Below are positions 49,859 to 63,246 of a DNA stretch of 64,000 nt, piece after piece. A program made the position numbers and the translations under genes. The stretch spans positions 1 through 64,000 of the forward strand of contig JBEWZL010000302.1 in the NCBI GenBank assembly GCA_045837725.1, read 5' to 3'. How positions within the stretch are numbered: the first letter of the stretch is position 1; each line of letters opens with the position of its first letter. This stretch comes from Vermamoeba vermiformis (Eukaryota). The notes below the pieces were generated by a model. It was not told where the DNA came from. It was given only the letters and a program-made list of their open reading frames with translations, and made no database searches.

Positions 49859-50783
49859 TGTGGTTTGAGGCAGAAAATAGAAATATTAATAACCAGTAAA
49901 GCAAAGGCCGTTAACCATACTACGGAGATAAAAAATGAGATTTTTTTAGTCTTACTCGTTAAAATTTCATTTCTGGCTTTACAATAAGTTCGGAAGCTTT
50001 ACAAGCGTGCTTTCCTTATGAAGCACATTGGCTTCGTAGCCTTCATCACAAGTATGGAAAACTGAAGATCTTAACATTCACGGCCGTAGCAGCTACTTAA
50101 CATAATAATTTTGAATTATCGGTCCATGTCTCATCACCGTACAGCAATTATTTCAAAAATTGTAGAACAACGGATCGGTGTTATTCTCCAACTGCAATCA
50201 GTAAGGGTAAAAGACGGAATTAAAAATATAAATTCTTTTCTAGCTATTTAGCTAAAGAATAATCAAGTCGTAGATAATGTGCTGCTAGTTAAATTAAAGC
50301 AGTAAATTTGGATTCTAGCTGTCTCGTAAAAACGTTTTTGCAATGTGATTCTCTCCGGAGCGCTGGTTACCGCGGTAAAAGTACGCGATATCTTATCGAC
50401 TAACATTTTTCTATCGAATATTCTAGAAAATGAATTAATAAGAAGCAACAAATGGAAGGAGGAGCTGGGCCGACCAAAACGGACATGCCTATTGACCTTT
50501 CCGATCTCTCGCTGATCTGCTTAACTACTGCATGAAAACTAAAAATAAGAAGGCATTTTCTGCACGAGCACAAAAAGGAATCATGCTTCAGAAGGCAAAG
50601 AAAAAATTTGCCGAAATCAAAAATAAAAAATATAGGAATAGGCGAATTATTCGTTGCTGCTGCAATTACCGTCGCTATTCTTTCATTTGATTGCGGACCG
50701 ATTTTGGACTCAATCTTGTAGATCAGGTTTTTTGATGCTCTTAGGCATTAATAGCGATTACTAATATTATAACATGCTTTCAG

Positions 50784-51322
50784 ACCAGTTTTTTTCTTTC
50801 GATTGGTTTTGCAATTATCGTGTTGGCTGATATTTTAATTCTCGTGTCTGGCTTCAAACTGGCAAAATCAGCTAAAAACAAAGAAATGACCGTAAGTACT
50901 AAAAAAATTAACGCGATATTCTAATAAAACGCCAGTTTTAAGCCAAATTTCTGGATCGGATCTAATATTTTTTTTTGTAGTTGGTCACCAAGGGTCCATA
51001 TCGCTTAATGCGTCATCCAATGCACGGTGCATTTGTTATATTTATTGTCGGAGCATTTATTGTGCGATTGAATTGGTTTTTTGACCTGTTAATGCTCGTC
51101 AGTTGGGCGATCGGTTTGCTCGAATTGCCTAAAGAAGAAGAGTCGCTTGTTTCATGGTACGGCGAGGCATATATTCAATATAAAAGGAAAACTGGAGCGC
51201 TTTTGCCGTGCCCTGTCCTCGATTGCGGAGTTTCAAAGGAAAATGCAGCGTGGATCGCAGAAAATCGTGTTGACACGCAAGTTGGATTACTTCCCTCGAT
51301 GACAGAGCTTGAAGATGATTAA
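50784..51322 (+). CDS. ICMT/phospholipid methyltransferase-family membrane protein (last two exons; 5' structure unresolved)
   Basis: LVTKGPYRLMRHPMH, EEESLVSWYGEAYIQYKRKT. Confidence 0.7.
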
Positions 51323-51720
51323 AACAATTGTATAATATAGCTTATTGGTACCAATAAACGAAAGTTAAATTCAGCCAGGGTTGGATCGTAGGTTTACCTA
51401 CGTAAATTATCAAGCCTTATTAATTATTGCTGCCCGTTTATTATTATTTATTTGAATTTAATTTACCTTGAATTTAAATTAACTCTGCAACACAGCACAA
51501 CTACATGGGAGCCCCAATAGACCAGACCAGACTCCGTGCCCTCGAATACGTACTAATGCCGCCTTTACTCTAACGGATGGCAGTTCAACCAACAATCAAC
51601 AGGCTCTGGGAGACCACTCGAAGGCTTAGATAGACTTGGCTTGGGCGACACTTCTCAGCCTGAAGTTGTACGGATGCCACAATTTTCCTGCGGTTGTTTC
51701 TTAAACACTTCAGATCGCAG

Positions 51721-54575
51721 ATGGAGCAGCACTATTGGTTATTTCTAAATTTACCGCTCGAATTGAGCTTAGAAGTACTCACTGATGCTGGTAATAAGGC
51801 CATTACGAGTATAGCTTCCCTCAACAAAGCGCATCTCGATTTATTTAATAAACCAAACGGACTGTATCAACGTCTAGTTGCTAGAATATGTAACAATAAT
51901 ATGCAAGGTAATTTCAGATAATATTTAGAATCGATATTTCGGCTGTGATATAAATTTACAGGCACATCCAAAGTATCTTCGTTTTTCTCGTTTAATTTTT
52001 GCATGACAGACGGTTAAATTGATTTTTATCATTAATAGGTCTTATTAAAGAGGATTTTGACTGGTATCGCGAGTTTAGAATCGTGTCATATTATTACGAT
52101 CAAATTCTCAACAACTCGGTCGTGGATCCAAGAGACTTGGAGAGCTTGAAAACCGCTTTTGCCATAGATGAATCGGTTAAAGTACATTAATGATTAATAT
52201 AGCATCGATTGGGCCCTATTAACCTGTTTTTCTGCTCAAGTTGTTGGACGAAGAAACTTATTCCGGTAAACTGCTGATCCAACAAAGCCAATTGCCTTTA
52301 TATCCCCTTCCAATAGGCGACTATTCAACAGCATATTATGAAATCGAATTGGACGAATATTTTGGCGAAGAGTAAGTAAAATTCAATTTTTTTCGGTACA
52401 TCCGTTGCGAAGAGTCAGTACATCTCAATTTATTCATATAATTGATTTTAAATATTAAATATTGATATTAACATGATTAATAGGGAGATAATCGCAGAGG
52501 TTTGTGTCGGAGCGAGTTTACATGGAGCGATCTCACTTCCAGGGCATGGCCGCAATTCATTTGCTTACAATAGTTGGGGTTCAATGACAATAGAAAGTAC
52601 TCACAGTTGGCGTGAAGAAAGGTTTAAGAGTTTTGATATTGATTTGGGCGAAATTGGTACGTTTTAAATTATAATTTTTTTTTAGGTCAAAGATCTGATT
52701 TATTTTTTTCAGTTGGATTTGGCATTAATTTCAAAAATAATTCAATTTTCTTCACATTAAATGGAGAATTGATATTTGAAACGAACGAGACGGTATTTGG
52801 CAAACCTTTATTGAATTTAAAGGCGCTTCATGCGCACTTCAGCGTCGAACTGATAAAAAAAGAAAATGATGCGGAGGAAATGCGTAGAGTGACTCCTATA
52901 GTCAATTTTGGAGACGATGAATTTGCATTCGATCTCGTGAAATATCAGCAAAGTCATTCAGCCAATCAAACAAATTCTCCCCAAAAACACCGATTCTATT
53001 CTGACGTCAGTACGTATCAAATTCAATCTGCAAATTTCGAAATTTCACAGTTGTTCCACTTACATTGAGACGCGATATTTGCAGATTAATGATTTGAACT
53101 AATTTTTTCGACTTTGCAGTTGCGGATCACGTTTTGGCGTACCCTGATTACGAAACTATCAAAGTATACGAAGAAGATCCAGAACGTATTAACCAATTAA
53201 TCGTTACACCTGTGGATTTCCCGTCAAATGTCAAAACAGAGGGAAAAGCGGGAGCGCATGGACTTGACAACTTTTTGTACGGATTGCTCTTTCTGAGATC
53301 TGCGTACCATGATCTAGCTGATGGAGAGCGAATGGAAGATGAGTTCGACAAATTAAAACAAAACATTGGTGTCCACTCCATGGTATATGAATGCGATAAG
53401 TAAGTACAAATCGGAACTAACAACAAAAAAGTGACACTTTGACACGTGTCAATGATATTTTTCACGTGTCAAAGATATTTTTACTGTACTTTTTTGCCGT
53501 GGTGTACAATCAACTGATTTTTATTGACAGAGGAAAAGACTATTATTCAAATAGTTTAATCCGTGAGTTTGGATTTGGAGATTTGATCGCTAAAGAAGGT
53601 CACGACGAATTCTTTCAGCCTCGTTATCGGAAGTTCGCGTGGGAAATTTGTGACGATCTGCTAAGTTTGATCAGAGGCCACTGTTGGACTATCGTTTGGG
53701 GCGCTTTTATCGTAAGTCTTTCTTTCAATCTATCGTTATTTCACTATAATTTAAGAAAAAAAAGTAATACCATTATATTAGGGCCAAAATGAATGGTCAG
53801 TCGCGGTTTTGTGCTATCGGGTCTATAGTAAGAGATCTATTTTTTTTTGTTCGGCGTTAGTCAGCTAGCTGACTTTGGTTATATTCAGCATGGCAGTATC
53901 TAATGAGCGAAGAGAACAAAGAGATGGATCCAGAGGTCGCCGAGGCTGCTAAAAAACTATTGTCAAAAATTCTGAGAATTGAAGAACCACAGACAACGCC
54001 AGAATTTATCGAATTTGACGTCGCCTTTTGTCAATATTGCTTGTCGTAAGCGTTAATACTACTATTTATATAATATAGGCTAACAACTTATCCAGAACTC
54101 TTCGCTGGCTAGCGATCAAAACTTTGATCCAGGAAAGATCGGTCGTTACACGACGACAGACGGCAAAAAAATTATCGAATCTTAAGGTAAATATGCTGGT
54201 TATATTCTAAAATTCATAATTACATCCTCACATTACTTTTTCTTTATGAAGAAACTTTTCGGGCCTTCCGATCCCATCATCAAAAGGTGTCTTGCAACGA
54301 TGAGATTATTGGCTCCTCCAAAGACTAGTACAGATGATAATTATGATGCGCCCTTGCAACGCTTAGCAATGCGATTTTTTTCTTCCAAGCGTAAACGAGA
54401 TAATGACGACGAGAAAATGGATGTGAGCAAAATCGATTTTGGCAGTGAAGAAGAGCTGCTCAAAGCACGCATATTCGATTTTATAACAAAAGAGAAGATA
54501 TTTGGCACTTTAGAAAATGCGGAGGACGACTCTGCCTCGGGTTCAGGATCGGATTCGGAGATCGAACTTGAATAA
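51721..54575 (+). CDS. F-box-like + SPRY-domain protein
   Basis: FLNLPLELSLEVL; AYYEIEL, LPGHGRNSFAY, VGFGINF...FFTLNG, VNFGDDEFAFD. Confidence 0.75.
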
Positions 54576-54812
54576 ACAGTTTCGGATGTTCCAAAATATC
54601 TTAAATCTGAACGGTTTAATTGTTCACACATGTAGCCATCAATATGATGTTGTATTATTGAAAAAGTACGAGTAAAATTGAAATTTTTCTGTTCCTTTTG
54701 CGAATATTGTCAGAACCATCGCAAACAAAACGAGGCGGCTGTAAAATGAAATTTTAAGTTTATTTATTCATAATGAAGTTAAAGAATACTTCGATAGCAG
54801 TTCGGGACCGTA

Positions 54813-56756
54813 ATGACGAGTATTAAAGACAAAATTATTGGCAGCGTGATCGGATTAGCTGTTGGTGATGCTTTAGGTGCGCCTTTAGAAGGTAAATATA
54901 TTATAAAATTATAATATTATCATATATGAGTAATTCAAGTTGAATAAAGGGTCACAAAGGAAGACAAAAAAATATTTTTATTATCTTATTTTTTGATATT
55001 TAATTAATTAGGGCTCTCTAGCGACATTGCGCGTGAAAAAATCGAATTAAATACTGGGAAAAAATCGATCGATTTTTGGAGCGAGCCACAAGAGAATTGT
55101 GATAGCGAGTCAGAAGAAGAAACAGCCTTAGATTTCATGGAGAATAAATGGGATGTGCCTGGAATATACACAGATGATACGCAATATATGTTATGCACAA
55201 TACAATCGATATTAGAGGTACGGATCTGATTTGGATAATTACGTAGTTTGGAGATCTAAAACGTAATTTTTTAGACTGGCAATTTCGATGCTGATAGAAC
55301 TCGAGATGTATTTGCAGCTTTAAGGCAACAAAAAGGACCAATCAGCGGCTTTGGATTATTTCGCGGAACTGGTGAAGTAAGTCAAAAACTCCACATCCGT
55401 TTAAAATTTCTATTAGTTAGCTTATTTTATTTATTACGTAGACTGGTCGAGCGGCTATAGAAATGATGGTTAAAAAAGAAAAATCACAATTATGTGGTCA
55501 ATTTACTGCAGGTAACGAACGAGATCCGCGATCGAATCCAAAATTTCAAAAAGTTAATCGTTCTATTGATAGGAAACGGCGGTGCGATGAGAATGGGTCC
55601 TTTAGGGGCATATTATAATAATAATGAAAACCTATTAATCACCTCAGCAATTGAAAGTTCCTTATTAACGCATCGAGATCCGCGAGGAGTTTCTGCAGCG
55701 ATTGCAATGGCCTTAGCAACAGCTTATTTATGCAATTCAGATGGTATGAGTCATAGTATATATTACTATACTAATATTAATTCGTTTTAAAGAGGATGAA
55801 TTTAGCGGCAAAGAATTCCTGATCCACGTAGCGAAGAAATGTCGCGTAGCAGAGGCTAAATTACTAGAAAAATACTCTGAATATTTATTATTGCCAGTAG
55901 ATAAGGTAATTTCACTAATATTAAGAAAAATTTAAGCCTTCGGGCGAGATTTAGGATCGCATCCAAATCTGTTCCTCTTTTAACCAATCTTAACAATAGG
56001 ATTCTAGTCGAAAAGACCCTCATGCTAATATTAAAGTCATTCATCAATTTTCTGACGCTATTCTGTGGTGCTCAACAATCCTGCCGCACGGATTCAAACG
56101 CTGCGCCAAAGACATTGGTAAACGAGCGGCAATAATTAAATCGGCTGGTGAAGATTTAAAGAAGAATATAGTTAAAGAGATGCATCCTAATGGCGGCTTC
56201 GTATTTTGTTCGGTTTTAACGGCTCTCGTTTGCGCATCTGTTTTCGATGACTTTGCTGAAGCAATGCAAAGCATTTTAGAGCTTGGAGGTGATGCTGATA
56301 CGTAAGTACTAGTAATATAAAATATACTATTATGCTTTTTATCAAATTCTATGGTCACTATTTAGAGAAATTGCCAGTACAAAAACACATCCGAAGTTGA
56401 ATCCACTTGCAGTGGATCAAATGACCATATTTTAGTCATAATAATATTATATAATAATCTTATGATTTATTATTAATGTTTCAAAGCTAATTTTGGGGTT
56501 TTTTTTCAGTGCTGGATCCATGCTTGGTTGTCTCATGGGTGCACGACTAGGCTACAGTTCTATTCCTGAAAAATGGCGCGAAAATGTTCTCAATGCCAAG
56601 CCCTTGTATGATACCGCTCAACACTTGGCTGAGTTAGCTACAAAGACTGACAAAGTGCTTGGAACTCCGTGCTGCGAGATCCACTCACTGCACCATTTGA
56701 TTGACATGGAGTGCTTGAAATACGTTGATAATGATGACGAACAAGAAGATAATTAG
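54813..56756 (+). CDS. ADP-ribosylglycohydrolase (ARH/DraG family)
   Basis: GLAVGDALGAPLEG, YTDDT, GNGGAMR, THRDP, GGDADT. Confidence 0.92.
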
Positions 56757-57819
56757 TATGAATAGAATGCTGGAGTGTAAATAAAAGACGATCTTTTCGT
56801 AAGAATCGTTTTTGAAAAGTTTTACTTAACGTGTTTCTAAACGTACATATTGTTAGCTCATCGAACAATACGGAGACGGCACTAACAGATTGAGATCGCC
56901 TGCAATTTTATTGTACAGACGGAATAATGCACCTCCGTGTCATGCAGCAATTTCTAGGATAAATTTCGAAGAGTTTTTACCCGCAAAAGTAAAGAATAGT
57001 TGTTGAATACCGAATTATTTGGAAACCTTAACAACACTTCAAAAACAAACGTCTTTGACGCCAATCAACAGTCGTTGCTTCCATCTTCGCGGTAGATCCA
57101 TGGACCCTCAACTTGAAGAGAATTGATAATGGGCACAAACCACCATTCAAAGATCCAATTTATTCTGTCAGAGCGACCGTTAGTGAGCTTTCTGCTGAAG
57201 GCTTGGAGTTCTCGGTCCTCAAGGCGCTTTCGAACGTAATGCTGTATTTCACTTGGAACAGCACTGGTGATAATGTTTCTGTTTTCTTCGACGTTTATGT
57301 GAGCTGCTCTCATAGAGGGGATTAGAACATCAACTTTAGAGCGATGGGGAGTTTTATCTGTGTTGGTAGAGTACTTGACCACAATTTCCATTCTTGGTTG
57401 TATATTCGAAGTGAGCTTTCTTGTGTGTGAATAGTTCTTTGTGAGTAAGTTTGGAATGTTTGTGGTTTTATGGCTGGGCCTCACGAGGGTGTTGCACTAC
57501 ATATTGGAAAACTTGATGAAATCTTAGCTAAGATTGAGTAAAGGATCTCGCTGACAAACAAATATTGCAGCAAAACTCAACCAAATCCTAATCTAATGGC
57601 CAGAAATTGAAGATGTGATTCCCAACTTTTGATTATTTCAAAATGCTACCAATTTAAGCAGACGGAAAAGTAAGAACGACGAATGTAAGTATTTTTAAGG
57701 GCAGGGGTGTAGTATCCCCGGGATATAGTACCTCTTGTGCAATTTCCTAAAAGTTTCCATCACTTGCGTGAATAAAATGAAATTCACTTCATATATCGTA
57801 AATGAAAATTTGACTTCAT

Positions 57820-59781
57820 TTAGTTTCCTTGGTACTGCGCGAGTTCCACAGCAAAAGACAAGGCTAATTTAGCAAACTCGAGACTGTACGACATATCGAG
57901 CTTGTCAACAGTGTCTTGATCGCTGTGCATGTACGGATTGACTTGGCCGTTAGGTCCAGCTTCAGCAGTGCAAACATCGGGGTAACCGACTGCATACCAG
58001 CTAGCGTGATCGCTGCACGCGTAACCGCACGTGTCAGTGGTGTACGGCAATGAGGTGTAGGTCTGAGTCAACGTCTAGAAAAATAACAATTAGAACAACC
58101 AGATCTAAACGGATCAGAACCTTTAAGTCGTCTAATAGGTACGATTAGGATTGAAATAGAATATAGTATAGTTACTGGTGATATCATTAGAAAATTGAAT
58201 GTACGGTGGTGGTAAGATTTGTAAGCGTCAAAAATTGTAATTCGCGAGATCCGATGTTGCGCGTACCTTGAGGAAGTTAGTAAGTGGCTGATTGACATAA
58301 TCTTCGAGAATAGTGATCTGCTTGTCGTTGCCAGGGGCTACGTAACCGCTCATTTCAACGTGATAAACACCAGTCACGGGGATATTGTTCTGTTTGTAGT
58401 AGTTCGCGATGTCTTGGCTGCCCTTAAGACCGACTAAACGAACACCAAAATGAGTATAATATAGTAAAAATAATGATACTATGACTATTGATATGATATT
58501 TAAGTAAGCTTACCTTCTTCGGCAGAGTAAGTCATGAATTGGATGGTTCTGTTGAAAGTTTGACCAGATGCGACTAAAGTACGGAAAATCTCGAGGACGT
58601 TAACGACGCCACTGCCTAAAGTAAGGTATTAATACGTATTTGAGAATAATAAGGTTAAAAAAAGAAAATAATAGCGAGTATTTGTCAGACACTGCGGTTA
58701 TGCATCAAAGCGAACTCAGATCAGCTCCAATAGCAGTGAATTTGATAATTATCATCATATAAATACTAGCTACTAATTTCCATAATAAATTTGCTGCTAA
58801 ATTTCTAATTTTTAATCGCCGCGTACCGTCGTCATCGGCTCCAGGAGCGCGATTAGTTTCAGGGTTGCCCCTTTCGTTAATGGAGTCCTCGTGAGCACCA
58901 ACAATAACGATTTCATTGGACAAAGGTCCGTTGCCTAATTAGGAAAACAAGACGGTTAGATCGAGGTTGAAAAATTGTGGGATGTCGAGAGAACTCCGTT
59001 CAAAGAAGCTATATTTAAGAAATAGATATTACCCTTAATAGTAGCAATGACAGAAGGTTGAGCCCAAGCGTGGTTAAAGAATTTAACTTCAATGTCTTTG
59101 CGACCAGCAGCGAACTTTTCGAATTGTTGCTTGATCCAGGTAGCAGCGGCAACGCCAGTATCGGATGTGTAGTACTATATGTAGAACATTATAAGTATAT
59201 TCTTATGATAAACAGTTAAGCCAAAAGTGTTTCAAGCTAGTCTGAATGAAGTTTCGGATGTGACGGCGATTCATCCAGAAGCTTCTTTAAAGATAATAGG
59301 CTATTAAAAGTTATTATTATAATATACGTACTCTATTCTGGAAAGAAGACAACTTAGTGTCATAAGCCAGCAGATTTGACGCTTTCATCTGCGCCAACAA
59401 GGGCATAACGGTTGCTTGTTGAGAAGGTTGAGTAGGAAAATCTCTCGCGACTTGTTTATGAGAAGGCACATCACGATCAGTAACGTCAATATAACCAACT
59501 CCCTTGCGGCCCAGATCGCGAGCTGATCAAAAAAATTAGAAAATTATTTGGAAATATCTTGATTAATTAAAAGAAAATCTTCGATGGATATAAATATGTG
59601 CACGTTGATTAAATATTTACACACCTATTTGACGGGCTTCAGCGTGGGTAGTCCAAATTACAGTATTTTCATCAAATCTGGCTTGGATTGGCTTTGTATG
59701 GAAGTCTGATAGGCCCTCCTTTGCCGCTACGATGCAGGCGATGGATAAAATAACACAAATGACTTCAACTGAGACCTTCAT
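57820..59781 (-). CDS. M28 family secreted leucyl aminopeptidase
   Basis: Signal peptide, [41 protein letters not shown]. Confidence 0.93.
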
Positions 59782-60032
59782 TGCTGATCTGTTTGAGTGA
59801 CTGGACCTCGTCATAAATTTATTCAGTTTTCACGTTCTCTTTCTGACCCTGGCAAAATGTACTACAATTCATGTGTATGGAGAACTATAAGGACTTGTAT
59901 ATCATAGTAATTTAGAAGGAATTGACTTGTGGCGGAGATCATACCGGCTGGATTTGCGTTCAAGAATGTTGAAGGCGAAGCGAATAGTCGTAGAATTAAG
60001 TATAGAATGGTTTTTAATGCTGAACGATCTTA

Positions 60033-62968
60033 TTATGATTTATCTGACTCCTTTGTATAATGCCCGTTAACATTTCGTAACGAGCTCGATTTTTTCAGTT
60101 TGTCCATTCTCTGCTCGCCATTATTATTATTATTATGATTAGTGTTGATATGATGATCTAGATTCCTAGGACTAAGAGAGCCGGCTACATTAGTCACCGT
60201 ACTTCCATGCTGATTATGAGATCCTCGTTCGGATTTGCGTTTTTCTTCTTTCGGCGAAATTTCGCTCTCTGTTAAGTCGTATTCTTTTACGGCATATTCA
60301 AATTGCGTAAATCTCTTGGCGCCACCTTCGCTCGCAACAGAGAAGAATTGATCCAGATGCGCACTCGTGTTGAAAGGTTTGTTCAGTAGCAAAGTGTTCA
60401 AATATTCCATAATATTATTGGCGCTCTTCCTTACTTTATGCGATGTAAAATTATGCACTAAATTCTTTTTTGGCGGCTTTGGAATTTTAACTCCAGAATT
60501 TCCGTACGCTACATGCAGCTACAAAACAATCCGAAATTAATACCAAATCATATAAAAACTAATTATAGATATAATATACATCTATTGATAGTATTTTATT
60601 AAATTTACCTGTTCTGAAAGCTCGACAAAATGTTCGAATCTTTTGCTGACCGCTCGGATCGGCTTAACGCCACGGATCAGCAATATCAAATAAATCTATA
60701 ATAATACTATATTAGTATCGTGGCCGGCAGTATTAGTATTAATTATAGTTTGATCGTTGTATAGACTTACTAGGAAGTTTCCTTCAACTGGATGATTCAC
60801 GAGTACCGCTTTGCGAATTTCAACGCGCAATCTCATTTGCTGTAAGTATAAAGCAGTTAATAAAACGATAGTATAAAATCAATACTGTTTAAGTCAATAA
60901 TGACGGTATACATAGTATTTTAACTAAGTTTACGAAAATTATTTTCAAGATAATGGATCGAGCTATGGATGCACGATTGGTGGTGTTTTTAAAAATGAAA
61001 CATATTTCAATGGTATTGGTAATGATAATGTTATGCATAATAGAATTATTTGAGTTGAAAAGTCTTAAAAATTTGGTGCATGCACCCACTTACGCGTTCA
61101 AAATCGACTTCAGCGTTCTGCTGGCATTCATGAATAAACCGCACAATGCCCTTAAATTGCACCAGTGAGACTTCAATGTCTTTTTTGTCCCAATTCAGAT
61201 CATTTGGCACGCGGTCTTTCCACGCTTCTAAATTCGAGATCATGCGTTGAGGTCTGTGACATGGCAGCAGCAAAAAGTCTCCTAATTGGCGTTGTCCAAG
61301 CACTGAATTATTTTCGGCTTTCTATATGTACACATGTTAATATTATGGTTTAAATAGAAATAAATAATCAACTTCGAAATTGAATTTTGCCAGATCCGCT
61401 TTCAATTATTTGATTTTGCTCAAACTTATGAAAAATGTATATTGTATTGTACGAATGAGTAATATTAGGGATTGACAATAAGCATAAACAACGGTCGCAA
61501 CGAGATCTGATGTTCGTATTCAATTTAAGCTTAATTCGTACCTTAATCCAATTTCTGAGCTCTGGATGCGCAAAAGATTTTTTCAAATCAGCCAAACAGT
61601 CTTTTGACACTGGATATTTCTTCATATATTCGACGTACGTTGAAATATATTTTGAGACCTAAAAGTACGAATTAATTAAAACCGATCAATAAGAGCTGGA
61701 GATTTTTAAATATGAAGATAAGATCAGATGGGTGATATATTTGCATTAATTAAATTTAATATTTGAAATTTTTGTAAATTTCGTAACGGATGCAAAAGTA
61801 TTTTTAGATCTGATCCGAAATTTGGCTGTGGAAAAAGTATATAGAGGAATAAATGGATACTTACGATAGCCGCGAATATAGGCTGTATTTTTAGACCAGG
61901 TATCGTTGAATATAATTCAAGATGCGCGATAAATTCTTCCGTGATCTCAATGACTTGCAAAATATTGCCAAAAATTCGTTCAATTTTTTCTTTAGGCACC
62001 AAAACTTCGTCTGTTTCACTAGCGTGCCTCAGTGGCTCGTAAAAATGCTGCAAAAATCGTTAATCAAAGCGAAAAAAATTCGATCCGGTCAAATTGTTTT
62101 TTCAATTTGATTTCAAATTAATTAACCATTAATACAAATCGATATTATAGGTAAGATTAATTATAATTAAGCTATGTAAACTCAATTTAATGAAAGTGTC
62201 ACTTCAATTTTCTATTTTTGGAGTGACAGTATCTTTTCATTTAAATTCAATTGGATCCACCTTAAGTAATTGATCTTCCGCAAAGATACGCTATAGACTG
62301 ATAATATTACTTACTGTAATAAGCAAATTAAGATCTGCATAATAAATTAACTCCGATTCGAGGATTTCTCGGCGCCACCTGAGTTTTTCTTGAACGGCTG
62401 GATCTTGCACATTCTGTTCGTCAGCAGCTGCATATTCTTCATTTTCGTAATTATTACTGCCAGAACCATTTGCAGCATTATAACTAAGCTCCATTTCGAA
62501 AGGATTTTCTGCATCCACCAAATTTTCGTTATTATGGTTTGTATCCTCGTCATTTGATAGTGAATCGGTACTTTGGCGCTTAATATCTGTATAAATACGT
62601 TATTAATCAAATTGGAAATAGCGTAAATTTAATTTTAAATTCACAACCGAAAATCAATTCAGCGATCTGCTCGAGAAATAATTAAAAAATTGTGAAAGTA
62701 TCGCAAAATAATTAAAATACTATATTTAAGTGCTGATTATACCTCTATCTACAAGTTTGGGCATTAGATCGGGTTGGATCGATCCTCTTAACGACGGCGT
62801 GGTTGAAAGTGAGCTTGGATTATCCTCGTCATAGTCCCACCCCTCAAAATATAGTGATGAACTCATAGACGAAGATGATTCCACTGAGCTCCTTCGCGCT
62901 GCAGCAGCTCTTCGGAGAAGTTCCTCCATCTGGCTAGAATTATAAGAAAGATGATTCTGACTCGTCAT
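60033..62968 (-). CDS. RhoGEF (DH) + PX-domain protein
   Basis: REILESELIYYADL, IFGNILQV, FLLLPCHRPQR (DH); SKRFEHFVEL, IPKPPKK, MEYLNTLL (PX). Confidence 0.75.
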
Positions 62969-63246
62969 TTTCGCAAAATAAATAACATAATACAATAAAA
63001 ATAAATAAAAATATTAAATAATACAAGGTGTGGTATATAATACAATGAAGCGCAATAAATGACGTAAGATGACAAGATTTTTTAACGAACAAAAATCTCC
63101 GGTTAAATCTCACTTGAGCTCACTAGATAGGTCTCTAAGATACAATTCACTCAATGTTAGTTAATAGACACGACTATTGTCCTAAGGCCTCGCGTCAGAG
63201 CTCGGATCCAGGAGAGTGGATTTAGATTTGGCTTGGATAAGATCAA

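Noticed and set aside
50452-50783. 5' exons of the ICMT-like gene
   Set aside because: Frames conflict (stop near 50688) and no clean donor found; left unresolved rather than called a pseudogene.
51485-51700. GC-richer intergenic patch, possible retroelement scrap
   Set aside because: No recognisable motif or long ORF.
57065-57484. Intronless 139-aa ORF between convergent genes, possible transposon relic
   Set aside because: No diagnostic motif; no supported start or termini.
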